Source: a virus
Direction: 5' to 3' (one strand)
IMG/VR virus record: IMGVR_UViG_3300044957_000861
Location: 1-64,000 of that record
Length of the DNA: 64,000 nt
The translations under genes were made by a program, and so were the position numbers. Below the pieces are notes generated by a model that ran no database searches, had not been told where the DNA came from, and worked only from the letters and a program-made list of their open reading frames with translations. Shown piece by piece: positions 17,758 through 26,447 of the stretch. Every line of letters begins with the position of its first letter. The first letter of the stretch is position 1.

Positions 17758-18951
17758 TCACAATACGGGTATTATCATTTCTGCAATCCATGTGGCTACT
17801 GGCGACGAAACGCCATTGCCACACTGTTTGTAACGCTGAGTGTCAGATTGTCCCATGGTCCAATTATCTGGCCAACCCATCAATCTTTCGCATTCCAACG
17901 GAGTTAACTTTCTGACAATTGTCACATTTTCTTGTGAAACAGCAACAATTGGCGTACCTCTTCCGTAGCCATTTTCACTAGAATCCATTCTTGATGTTAG
18001 CGTATGGGTCACATCTCCTGTAATTGAAACTGATTTATTGTTTTCAACTTTTTCTGCAATTACTATTTTACCTTCATAAACCTGTTGTTGCTGAGGAAAC
18101 TTCCAGTCCGAAGCAGCCAAGGGTCCGATTACTGAATTGTAATCACTATAGGAGTACTGTAGCGCTAAGAGTGTTTCGGTTCCACCGCCAAGATCCCCCC
18201 CACTTGATCTTACGCATCCAACTCCCTCTATATACTGAGAAAATCCAACCTGCGCAAACGATTTTATGTCTGATTGATCTTCGACGCAACTGTCTTCAAT
18301 GCACTTTCCAGAATTGTGGGCAGTTTTTTTGATCGCTGTTGAGCTCTTCTTAATATCCCCTGACATGCCTTCGGAGAAATAAAATATCGGGTCGGGACAT
18401 CGCTCGGCGGTTGCAGGATCGAAGACAGCGACGACGAACACTCTTCTACGTCGTTGGGGGACTCCGAAGTATTGCGCATCCAGCACGCGCCATTCGATGA
18501 CCAGCGCCCCTGCTTCAGCCATTTCATTGAGGACTTGCCCGAAGTCAGCGCCATTGTTGGAGTTGAGAGCTCCGTAGACATTTTCCCAAATAGAGATTCT
18601 TGGGTATTTTCCATTTGTTTCCTTTCTTATTTCTTTGATAATTCGGATACCTTCATGAAAGAGTCCTGAGCGTTCGCCCTGTAGTCCCGCTCGTTTGCCT
18701 GCGGCCGAGAGGTCTTGGCATGGTGATCCCCAGGAGACGACATCAATGACGGGTGCGTGTTCGAGAATATAGCGTCCTGTGAGGGTGCGGATGTCGCCCC
18801 AGCGTGGCACGTCGGGCCAGTGTCGTTCAAGAATCTTGGTGGCGTGCTTGTCCCATTCGCATTGGAACACGGTTTGCATGCCTGCGTTCTCCAAGCCGAG
18901 GTCGAAGCCGCCGACACCAGAGAACAGGGAGAGCACCTTTGCCTTTTCCAT
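17758..18951 (-). CDS. DNA (cytosine-5) methyltransferase
   Basis: SLFSGVGG (I), GSPCQDLS (IV), WENV (VI), QRRRRVF (VIII), RKLTPLECERLMGWP, RYKQCGNGV (X). Confidence 0.95.
   Translation of the reverse strand: MEKAKVLSLFSGVGGFDLGLENAGMQTVFQCEWDKHATKILERHWPDVPRWGDIRTLTGRYILEHAPVIDVVSWGSPCQDLSAAGKRAGLQGERSGLFHEGIRIIKEIRKETNGKYPRISIWENVYGALNSNNGADFGQVLNEMAEAGALVIEWRVLDAQYFGVPQRRRRVFVVAVFDPATAERCPDPIFYFSEGMSGDIKKSSTAIKKTAHNSGKCIEDSCVEDQSDIKSFAQVGFSQYIEGVGCVRSSGGDLGGGTETLLALQYSYSDYNSVIGPLAASDWKFPQQQQVYEGKIVIAEKVENNKSVSITGDVTHTLTSRMDSSENGYGRGTPIVAVSQENVTIVRKLTPLECERLMGWPDNWTMGQSDTQRYKQCGNGVSSPVATWIAEMIIPVL
18264..18614 (-). CDS. nested +1-frame ORF inside the MTase gene (putative small MTase subunit)
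   Basis: AAGGA SD before ATG; contains LSSILQ...VPTRYFISPKACQGILRRA...LP..LE.AL. Confidence 0.65.
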   Translation of the reverse strand: MENTQESLFGKMSTELSTPTMALTSGKSSMKWLKQGRWSSNGACWMRNTSESPNDVEECSSSLSSILQPPSDVPTRYFISPKACQGILRRAQQRSKKLPTILESALKTVASKINQT

Positions 18952-18952
18952 G

Positions 18953-19765
18953 CTAATCTCTTTCTATCCCAATATGGTCGCACGCATTTCGAAATATTGA
19001 TTTACTCACCTTGAATTGTGCGTCAGCTTGACTATATCCCTCGCCAGGTTTTGGAGAAGAGGCGTGCCAACTGTGACCAATTGACACACTACCATCATAC
19101 ACTACATTATAACCTAAGTATCTTGCGAAATACGAACACCATGTTTCCTCATAATAATGAGGAGTCGGCAAAAAGGCACCTATGGCGTCGGGGTATAATT
19201 CTCTATATTTTGGGTGGTCTGTCAGCTTATTCCATACGGATCTTCTAATGAAATAGGCTGAGCCAGATACAGTAACGCAATCAATTCTATCTCTATAAAG
19301 AGAATCTGATGGATCTGGTTGCATCCAGCCCCTGTGTCTAGGTTGCGTATTTGTCCCTATAATCCCCGCATGCCTTATCAAACCATACTCATCTCTTTGT
19401 TTTGGTCCAAGAATATGAACATTTTCTTCTTGATTAAATATTTTACATATTTTTGTTATATCTTTGTTTGTAAACCAAACATCAGCGTTAAGTAACCCTA
19501 TAACACTATTGGAACCAAAAGCCGCCAACTTGTTACATGCTGCTGAATATCCAATGTTATTATTTAAAGATATTCTATCTATTAGATAGTTATCTTCTTT
19601 AGACCTAAAAAAATCTACTGTGTCATCAGTTGAGCCATTATCTGCTATATATAAATTCCAAAATTTTTCTGAATAATTTTCAGGGAACAACTGATCATGA
19701 AGTGTATTCAAAAGTCTTTCTAGAAGCGGTTTAGTATTGTAATTTACAACACAAAGATCTATCAC
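18953..19765 (-). CDS. glycosyltransferase family 2
   Basis: VVNYNT, ADNGSTDDT, NIGYSAACN, LLNAD, VSGSAYFIRR, YYEE. Confidence 0.9.
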   Translation of the reverse strand: MIDLCVVNYNTKPLLERLLNTLHDQLFPENYSEKFWNLYIADNGSTDDTVDFFRSKEDNYLIDRISLNNNIGYSAACNKLAAFGSNSVIGLLNADVWFTNKDITKICKIFNQEENVHILGPKQRDEYGLIRHAGIIGTNTQPRHRGWMQPDPSDSLYRDRIDCVTVSGSAYFIRRSVWNKLTDHPKYRELYPDAIGAFLPTPHYYEETWCSYFARYLGYNVVYDGSVSIGHSWHASSPKPGEGYSQADAQFKVSKSIFRNACDHIGIERD

Positions 19766-20052
19766 AGTTTTGCTTTTGCCTTTGCAATATCAAAAGCATC
19801 TGACGGATTGAATCCCATTTCTAAATACTCACAGTATTCACTGATTGCGTAACTTAGATCTTCATCAAAAAACTCAATAAGCCTATTGGCATACTGTTGA
19901 TTTGTAGCTCCCTGTTTATTTTTTTCTTTTATTGAATTATAAGATTTGCTGTTTATCTTTCCCAAAGCAAATCCAATTGAAAATAATAAAGATAGATAGC
20001 CTACGACCTTACCAGTCTTCACTATAATCCTCGCTTGGTGAGAAGTAAACAT
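19762..20052 (-). CDS. hypothetical membrane-anchored protein
   Basis: N-terminal hydrophobic stretch; start uncertain. Confidence 0.6.
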   Translation of the reverse strand: MFTSHQARIIVKTGKVVGYLSLLFSIGFALGKINSKSYNSIKEKNKQGATNQQYANRLIEFFDEDLSYAISEYCEYLEMGFNPSDAFDIAKAKAKL

Positions 20053-20245
20053 TTTTTAAAGCTGTGTTTATTGCGGAAATTATCCTACTACATGTATTTT
20101 TATCCTGCTCAACTAACTGTCCACGCATCAAAGATGCGTAGGTTTTTTGTATGTGCACAAAAATATCTAGATCTTCTATTAAGAATGACTGATTATTTTC
20201 CAGTTTAATAGTTATCTTTTTCTTTTGATTTGTTTTCTTACTCAT
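20009..20245 (-). CDS. hypothetical protein
   Basis: 78-aa ORF in operon. Confidence 0.65.
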   Translation of the reverse strand: MSKKTNQKKKITIKLENNQSFLIEDLDIFVHIQKTYASLMRGQLVEQDKNTCSRIISAINTALKNVYFSPSEDYSEDW

Positions 20246-20471
20246 TTGCTTTCTTTTCTTTTAATTCAGCATTAATAACTTCATCATGCGGAACTTGATA
20301 AACGGCTAAATCACCCGTGTCTGGTTCATGTGTTATGAAGTATATTCTCTTGTCTTCTAGTTTGCAACCATCTGGTGGAGGAGATTCAAGTGCTATTTTT
20401 TTTGATGCTGAACCGTAAACTTGACTAGACTTTTTGTGTACGACTATATAGTTTAGCTTACCTGCTGCCAT
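20238..20471 (-). CDS. hypothetical protein
   Basis: 77-aa ORF in operon. Confidence 0.7.
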   Translation of the reverse strand: MAAGKLNYIVVHKKSSQVYGSASKKIALESPPPDGCKLEDKRIYFITHEPDTGDLAVYQVPHDEVINAELKEKKANE

Positions 20472-21167
20472 TTATTTACCTGTTAAAGCCTTTATTGAAA
20501 TAGGGAATAAGGGTTGCACCAACTCATAAACTGCTTCTGCATATCTTTGTATCTCAACCTGAGAATCTTCTGAGAGTCTTTGATTTAAAAACAAAGCTAC
20601 GGACTGTAGACTACAAGACCATCTATAGGGCTGATACATGCCATATGCTGCAAGAAACAGTCTAGCCTGCTCTGGAGCCACCCCCTCCTCCATAGCCCAC
20701 CTATAGAGAGCCTCTCCGTCTTCTACGTGCTGTTTAAGCTTGGTTGTAAGCACGGAGCCAACCCAAGGTCCTATAGGACCTCCAGAGCCCTGTTTTGTGT
20801 TTTCTGGGGCTTGTCTCCACTCATCGTTTTTGGGTATATAAAACTCTGGGTCTATTGTTATGTATCTTCTGGACGATTCATTCCATGAGTCCATGGTATG
20901 GTCAGAGCCAACTACATATTTCCAGTGCTGTCTTGCCACCATCAAAGGTGCTTTAATTTCAAATGTAACAAAGGCGTGACGAAAAGGAGACATATGATTT
21001 TCTCTAGCTAAGAATTCTAATAGTCTTGCGTCTTGTATTGAAAACTCTTTAGATTCCTTCGCAAAAGAAGCTCGTGCAGCGTTGACTACGGACAAATCAC
21101 TGCCCATATAGTCAACCAGTCTTACGTAACCATTGTCCAATACCTTGATCGTAGATTGATTTTCCAT
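20472..21167 (-). CDS. thyX: FAD-dependent thymidylate synthase
   Basis: VRLVDYMGSDLSVVNAARASF, HMSPFRH, SWNESSRRY, GVAPEQAR, QVEI. Confidence 0.93.
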   Translation of the reverse strand: MENQSTIKVLDNGYVRLVDYMGSDLSVVNAARASFAKESKEFSIQDARLLEFLARENHMSPFRHAFVTFEIKAPLMVARQHWKYVVGSDHTMDSWNESSRRYITIDPEFYIPKNDEWRQAPENTKQGSGGPIGPWVGSVLTTKLKQHVEDGEALYRWAMEEGVAPEQARLFLAAYGMYQPYRWSCSLQSVALFLNQRLSEDSQVEIQRYAEAVYELVQPLFPISIKALTGK

Positions 21168-21173
21168 GACTAC

Positions 21174-21202
21174 AGTATATCACCAGCTCAAACGAGTGAC
21201 AA
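21174..21202 (-). promoter_or_regulatory. promoter for a probable leaderless thyX transcript
   Basis: TTGTCA-17-TATACT with extended TGn; the -10 ends 6 nt before the ATG and there is no SD. Confidence 0.7.
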
Positions 21203-21208
21203 ATTAAG

Positions 21209-23254
21209 TTACTGATTATTCTTTACAAATTTTATTTCACAAGAATCTGTAGTGCAATATTTTTCACCCATTGCATCTGCAGCCATACCAGCATATACAC
21301 CAGTAAGATCAATCGGAAACAACTTTTCAGTTTGATCCATATATTCTTGTTCTGTAATTTGTGTATACGGCATTTGAGGATAGGTGTCATTTCCACTTGG
21401 AAGGAAAGAAACTGTTTTTAACTGACCGTCGTGCATGTGGAGAACCGTTCCTATGTATTGAGATTCGGTATCTTTGTTAAAAGACACTGTTACAGATACT
21501 GAATTATCGGACCAATATCTTTGCGCAGTTGTTGCCAAACCCATTTTTTCAAAAATTGTAACATCTTTTTCTGATCTAATAGCCTGTGACTTAATCGGAA
21601 AATATACCACCGACGTGGTATCTGGAGACTCCGAAGCTGGTTCAACTTTATAGTTTGCCATTTTAAAAAGAGGTAACATTGGATCTTCGTTTGAAAAACG
21701 AATTGTTCTGTTAAAGAATTTTCCACCTGGTGTCCAGTGAACTCCAGGAGATTCTCCTGCAAGGATTGATACAGTTCCAGATGGTTTTACGGTGGTCGTC
21801 TTTATGGATTCTCTTATGCCTAACCATTCTGAATATACATTATCGTATCTTTGAACTGTTTTATATCCCTGATTCATCCACTCTTTAAGGACTGGCATGC
21901 CAAGTCTGTCTGCAAAATCTGCAACACCAGACATGGACGTACCAATTCTTCTGTTTCTTTGCATTATTGCGTTTGTCTCTTCCCAGTGTGTTGGCAAAAG
22001 AGTTACTGTTTTTGCGTATAAGTACGCAAACTTTAGGGTTCTCTTATAATCTTCTAAACTTTCATGTCTTCCTAAGTATGTTTCTACCAGGGTGCAACAC
22101 TCGTAGGACTCAAGCGATTGTTCTGCACAGGGGTTATAGCCAGCGACTCTATGGTCTTTATTGTTTGGCGGATCTATGAGTCTTCCATATTTTCTTGAAA
22201 CATCAATCCATATTACGCCAGGTTCTCCATTTAGTGAAATGCCTTCAATAATTGGGCCAAGGTCTGCACCAACTTCTGTTTCTATTGAATTGTTTGACAT
22301 CCACCCCCAACCTGGTGCTGAAGGATCATACGAGTTTCTTTCTGGAAACTTGTCTTTGTTCTTAAGATTTAAGAAGTCTTGATCATCAAGTCTTCCAATC
22401 AACAATTCTGCTGAGCGACGAACGTTCCCAGAGACAACACAGACACCTATGAGGTTTCCTATATCCGCAATATCTACACGAGTAAGTTTTTGTCCTTTTT
22501 TTCCGTCAAATATTTTTTTTATACGCTTGTGCATTTTTTCTAGTGGTTCATGCCCAGCTGCTACTCCTCCGAAAGTTTTAATTGGTGTTCCAGAAGGTCT
22601 TATTTGTGAGTAATCAAAAGAATAAGAAGATTGATTTTCTTTAAGATAGGAGTTAATAAGCAATGAAAGAGACTCAACCCAACCCTCTCTTGTGTCTGGA
22701 ATTATATAATTAACTGATTCTTTTGGCTCATAAATAACAAAGTCTTTATCTGCACCCTTGTCATCAAAGCCAACACCTACGCCAAGCATTGATGCTTCCA
22801 TTAGAAATGCAAACGGTCTTGCTGGATTAATTTTTGTCATTTCTGCCGTTGAAACAAACGCACAATTTTGTAGGGCTGCGGAGTTTTTCTGCACGTTTAC
22901 TATATTTGTTCCCATTGCCCATAGTCCTCGACCAGGAGGGGTCCACTTTAAATTAAAAAGTCTATCAAATGCTTCTTTTGCGGAAGATTGCGCCTTAACA
23001 TCATTCCAAGGAAGTCTATTTTTCTTACAGTGATCTTTTTGTAATGAGTACATTCCATTGATGACACGCTCACAAACGTCTGACCATGTTTCTTTGGTGC
23101 CGTTATCTTTTAATCTTGAATAAGTTCTTAGAAAAGTAATTTCTCCAACAGAATTACCAGCAGCGTCTCTATAGCCAAACGGCGGAACTTTATCTTTGTA
23201 CGTATTTATAAACTCTTCGCTTATTTTAAATGAAAACATATCTGACATAACCAT
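21209..23254 (-). CDS. nrdJ: class II (adenosylcobalamin-dependent) ribonucleotide reductase
   Basis: RTYSR, PPGRGLW, LQNCAF, GNVRRSA, NPCAEQSL..CTLVE, TVKPSGT, C-terminal CTTDSC. Confidence 0.93.
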   Translation of the reverse strand: MVMSDMFSFKISEEFINTYKDKVPPFGYRDAAGNSVGEITFLRTYSRLKDNGTKETWSDVCERVINGMYSLQKDHCKKNRLPWNDVKAQSSAKEAFDRLFNLKWTPPGRGLWAMGTNIVNVQKNSAALQNCAFVSTAEMTKINPARPFAFLMEASMLGVGVGFDDKGADKDFVIYEPKESVNYIIPDTREGWVESLSLLINSYLKENQSSYSFDYSQIRPSGTPIKTFGGVAAGHEPLEKMHKRIKKIFDGKKGQKLTRVDIADIGNLIGVCVVSGNVRRSAELLIGRLDDQDFLNLKNKDKFPERNSYDPSAPGWGWMSNNSIETEVGADLGPIIEGISLNGEPGVIWIDVSRKYGRLIDPPNNKDHRVAGYNPCAEQSLESYECCTLVETYLGRHESLEDYKRTLKFAYLYAKTVTLLPTHWEETNAIMQRNRRIGTSMSGVADFADRLGMPVLKEWMNQGYKTVQRYDNVYSEWLGIRESIKTTTVKPSGTVSILAGESPGVHWTPGGKFFNRTIRFSNEDPMLPLFKMANYKVEPASESPDTTSVVYFPIKSQAIRSEKDVTIFEKMGLATTAQRYWSDNSVSVTVSFNKDTESQYIGTVLHMHDGQLKTVSFLPSGNDTYPQMPYTQITEQEYMDQTEKLFPIDLTGVYAGMAADAMGEKYCTTDSCEIKFVKNNQ

Positions 23255-23257
23255 ATC

Positions 23258-23953
23258 CTAATTACTTACCTTTCTAATGTAGTTGGAGTTCGTCTTTTGT
23301 ATTTCTGATTTTTTGATTTTTATTATTTGATTCATAGAGTATATCTTATGTATTTCTTTTTCAATGAAATATCCGCTCTTCCAATTAAGAACTTTGTCAA
23401 CGTTTGAGGAGTAATTAGTAAAGACATTGCATATCACTGCACCACCATAGATTTTTACAAGATTTTTCATTTTTGTCACAGACTTTTCTTTTTGTTCTTG
23501 TGATGTGAATTTTTCACCATCAAGTCTTTCATAAAGCCAATTATATGCCTGTCTTGTTAATGGTGGTATATCTATGTGATCAAAAATGCCCAATTGTATA
23601 ATTAAATTTCTATTTTTTTCAATCTCTATGTCCGATTTGACAACGTCCTTAAACATAGAAAACCAGTCTCTCTCATTAAATTGAGGCCATCCAGCCACCC
23701 AAAATATCAGTACATGATTCTCCTCTGGAATTGTTGTTTTATTAATCACTGGCGAAAGACAGGCACACGCAATGCATTTTTTTACTATTTCTTTTGCTTT
23801 TTCTTCTCCATGTCTTTTAGATTGAACAGCCCATAATTGAGATATCTTTTCTGGCCAAGTTGATTCGCCCAAATAAATTGTAAGGTACTTATCAGCAACC
23901 TCTATTGAAAGAACATTGCTTTTAATCAACTGATCAAGCGAATGTATAGACAT
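23258..23953 (-). CDS. hypothetical protein
   Basis: 231-aa ORF. Confidence 0.75.
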   Translation of the reverse strand: MSIHSLDQLIKSNVLSIEVADKYLTIYLGESTWPEKISQLWAVQSKRHGEEKAKEIVKKCIACACLSPVINKTTIPEENHVLIFWVAGWPQFNERDWFSMFKDVVKSDIEIEKNRNLIIQLGIFDHIDIPPLTRQAYNWLYERLDGEKFTSQEQKEKSVTKMKNLVKIYGGAVICNVFTNYSSNVDKVLNWKSGYFIEKEIHKIYSMNQIIKIKKSEIQKTNSNYIRKVSN

Positions 23954-24008
23954 ATCTAATCCTCTTTACCTCCGTCAAAACATATAAACTTGACCCAATA
24001 AATCGAAA

Positions 24009-24033
24009 TTCCCGCACGTTTTTCGTGCGGGAA
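24009..24033 (-). terminator. stem-loop terminator between the structural and replication modules
   Basis: TTCCCGCACG-5 nt loop-CGTGCGGGAA, T-rich downstream on the minus strand. Confidence 0.7.
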
Positions 24034-24077
24034 CTCGAAAACGTCTGCTTATTATAGCAGATATATTTTGGTATTGA

Positions 24078-24665
24078 CTATAGAGCTCTAGCTGAAGCTA
24101 CTCCAGCCCATTCTTTGACCTTATTTCTTCCATAATCAGAAGCGGTGTTTGCTTGACCGTATCCAGAAGGGAATACATTTGTTGATGTAACTCCATCAAA
24201 TATATAGTTGTTGTACAAGCTATAGTCGGTGACCCTCTTGACGTGACCGTATCCAGAAGCGAACACATTAGCAGCGGCTACACCATCAAAAATGTAATTG
24301 CTATAGAGTGCGTATGCCCTTGTCTTGTCTGAGGCGTGTCCATAGGCCCCAGAGAGAGCTCCAGATATTCCCTTAAATTCCTTTGGCCTAAATCTTGCAC
24401 CGTCGTATCCTACACCATCTGCAAATGTTCCAGAAAGCGGATGTATATACAGTGTTGTTCCATTAAAAACCTGTGAAAGGAATACGTTACCAGGATGATA
24501 TCCAGTTCCTGGAACGTGATGATTGTCTGGACCACCATCTAAAAGACCTTTGGCAAAAAGTGGATAGTATGAGTAGGTTCCAGAGGTACCCTTGAATGGG
24601 TTCACCATGTCATTGGTGTTACGACCCCTCAAAACTGGTCTTGGACCAACATAAAAAGTAGCCAT
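24078..24665 (-). CDS. probable virion protein with an internal 30-aa duplication
   Basis: Strong AAGGAG SD; YALYSNYIFDGV...FASGYG / YSLYNNYIFDGV...FPSGYG. Confidence 0.75.
   Translation of the reverse strand: MATFYVGPRPVLRGRNTNDMVNPFKGTSGTYSYYPLFAKGLLDGGPDNHHVPGTGYHPGNVFLSQVFNGTTLYIHPLSGTFADGVGYDGARFRPKEFKGISGALSGAYGHASDKTRAYALYSNYIFDGVAAANVFASGYGHVKRVTDYSLYNNYIFDGVTSTNVFPSGYGQANTASDYGRNKVKEWAGVASARAL
24154..24320. repeat. two degenerate 90-bp tandem units
   Basis: TGACCGTATCCAGAAG at 24154 and 24244, matching the protein repeat. Confidence 0.7.
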
Positions 24666-24730
24666 TTATATTCTCCTTGTTAAATAAAGGTAACTATATA
24701 GTAAAAACAATAATCGGTTTTCACAATATC

Positions 24731-25993
24731 TTATAAATTATAATCAACTTCTACTATTAAATCCGATAAAACTGGTGGTATTTTGTTTTCTAACATGAAT
24801 AAATTTACCTCTATGTAAACATGGCTTGAGGTATTGGGATTTGTTAAAACATAATTTGAACCAGAAGGGTAAAAGATCCTATATGAGAATACATTGTTTA
24901 AAAGAGATTGCGGTATGTTATATATTTTTGGTGAAACATTTAAAATCTCATTAATTGTTTTTCCTGTTGGGGCATTGAATTTAATAAAAGTCTTTCCTGT
25001 TTCAATAAACTTTTCATATCTAATGTCTATATCACTTAATCCATAGGTATAAATATAGGAACTATTTTCTTTTACATAATTTCTTTGTCTAAGCAAGATT
25101 CTTACTGCTGTTATATTTTTTTCTGCACAATAAAACTTTCGTGGACCAGAATTTACTATTGTATCTGATCCAACAATAGACCAACCTCCTGGGGCCACCT
25201 TACCTACGGCATCATATTCTCCGTCATAATATCCTGGATTAAAACTGTAATAGCCATCTTTGTCTAACATTGATGGATTTGCAGCTGTTGTATACTCAAC
25301 TTTTACTATGTCAATACCGTTTGATGGAAATGGAGACATTGATACACAGTTTGTTAGCGAATTTCCAACTGAACCAGTTGGTATTTTAATGTACAAATAC
25401 ATGCTGACGCCGAGTGGATTTGGCTGATTCAAAATTACATTTCTTCTCCAAACTTTATCTGGCTGATTAATGAAGGCATTTTGAACTGGGGTTGTATCTA
25501 TTAGTGCCCCATTTCCATCTCCACCAGCAATGTTTGTATCTATTCTTGTCTCAAGAAAGTCAGGAACAACTTGACCTCTTAGTGAGTTAACGTATTTTAT
25601 TTTTGAATGCGAAGAACCTATTATTTCTGGCAAAGTTATACTATTATAATACTCGTTAAAAACAAGGGCTTGGGAAGCGGCCACGGCATAGGATGTGGAA
25701 ACAAACGGAGAAAGATCTATTTGAGATTTTGAATGAATAGACAATTGATTGGTATTAATACTTTCAATTACTCTTATTCGATCAGTCAAGTCTGCAATTG
25801 CCGAACTTAAAAAGATATTTTCTTTTACTATTCTTTCTATAATTTCTGACACTCTTTTGTCTATAACCGAATACTTGTTATATAGATAAACTAGGTCAGC
25901 ATAATTTTGCTCAATACGCTCATTGTAGTCGGAACTTGATATGGGGCCATGGTATTGAATCGGCTTTTTTTGTGTATAAATAAACTCTGACAT
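24731..25993 (-). CDS. putative virion structural protein
   Basis: 420 aa, beta-rich; shares the YxGPISS N-terminal motif with its neighbour. Confidence 0.7.
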   Translation of the reverse strand: MSEFIYTQKKPIQYHGPISSSDYNERIEQNYADLVYLYNKYSVIDKRVSEIIERIVKENIFLSSAIADLTDRIRVIESINTNQLSIHSKSQIDLSPFVSTSYAVAASQALVFNEYYNSITLPEIIGSSHSKIKYVNSLRGQVVPDFLETRIDTNIAGGDGNGALIDTTPVQNAFINQPDKVWRRNVILNQPNPLGVSMYLYIKIPTGSVGNSLTNCVSMSPFPSNGIDIVKVEYTTAANPSMLDKDGYYSFNPGYYDGEYDAVGKVAPGGWSIVGSDTIVNSGPRKFYCAEKNITAVRILLRQRNYVKENSSYIYTYGLSDIDIRYEKFIETGKTFIKFNAPTGKTINEILNVSPKIYNIPQSLLNNVFSYRIFYPSGSNYVLTNPNTSSHVYIEVNLFMLENKIPPVLSDLIVEVDYNL

Positions 25994-26001
25994 TTTTTCT
26001 C

Positions 26002-26439
26002 CTAGATATCTTCTTGCATTGCAGCTTCAATCAAGTCCAACTTATTCATTAGCCAGCTTATTTTTGCGCTATTAATTTGGTATTTTTGAAAAATTATATC
26101 CGCATTTTCATATGGCGTAGATTGCTCTATTACATACTCTTCTGCGGTCTTATCGTAACTAATTGACTGAGTATAAATGGTCATTTTCAAATCTTCATTT
26201 AAATAGTAATCTGGTGTGGCGGCATATAGATCATTTCCAGTCATTTCAGATATAGTGTCCATACTAGCGTTAAGTTCATCAATTTTAGACTTAAGCCTGT
26301 TAATGTCTAATAAAAATTGATCGTTGCAGAGATTTAAAACACTTGAAGAAATTGGTCCTTTATAAACAAGCCTATGCCTTTGAAGGTTAGGTTCCATGAT
26401 ATTTTCTCTTTTATTAAAATCAGAATAAAGTATTCCCAT
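26002..26439 (-). CDS. putative virion structural protein
   Basis: 145 aa; YKGPISS motif, coiled coil. Confidence 0.7.
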   Translation of the reverse strand: MGILYSDFNKRENIMEPNLQRHRLVYKGPISSSVLNLCNDQFLLDINRLKSKIDELNASMDTISEMTGNDLYAATPDYYLNEDLKMTIYTQSISYDKTAEEYVIEQSTPYENADIIFQKYQINSAKISWLMNKLDLIEAAMQEDI

Positions 26440-26447
26440 GGCTTCTC

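Noticed and set aside
18627-19014. Additional overlapping ORFs at the MTase 5' end (18627..18983 -, 18757..19014 +, 18779..19000 +)
   Set aside because: Expected shadows of a GC-rich, stop-poor segment; no SD or recognisable motifs.
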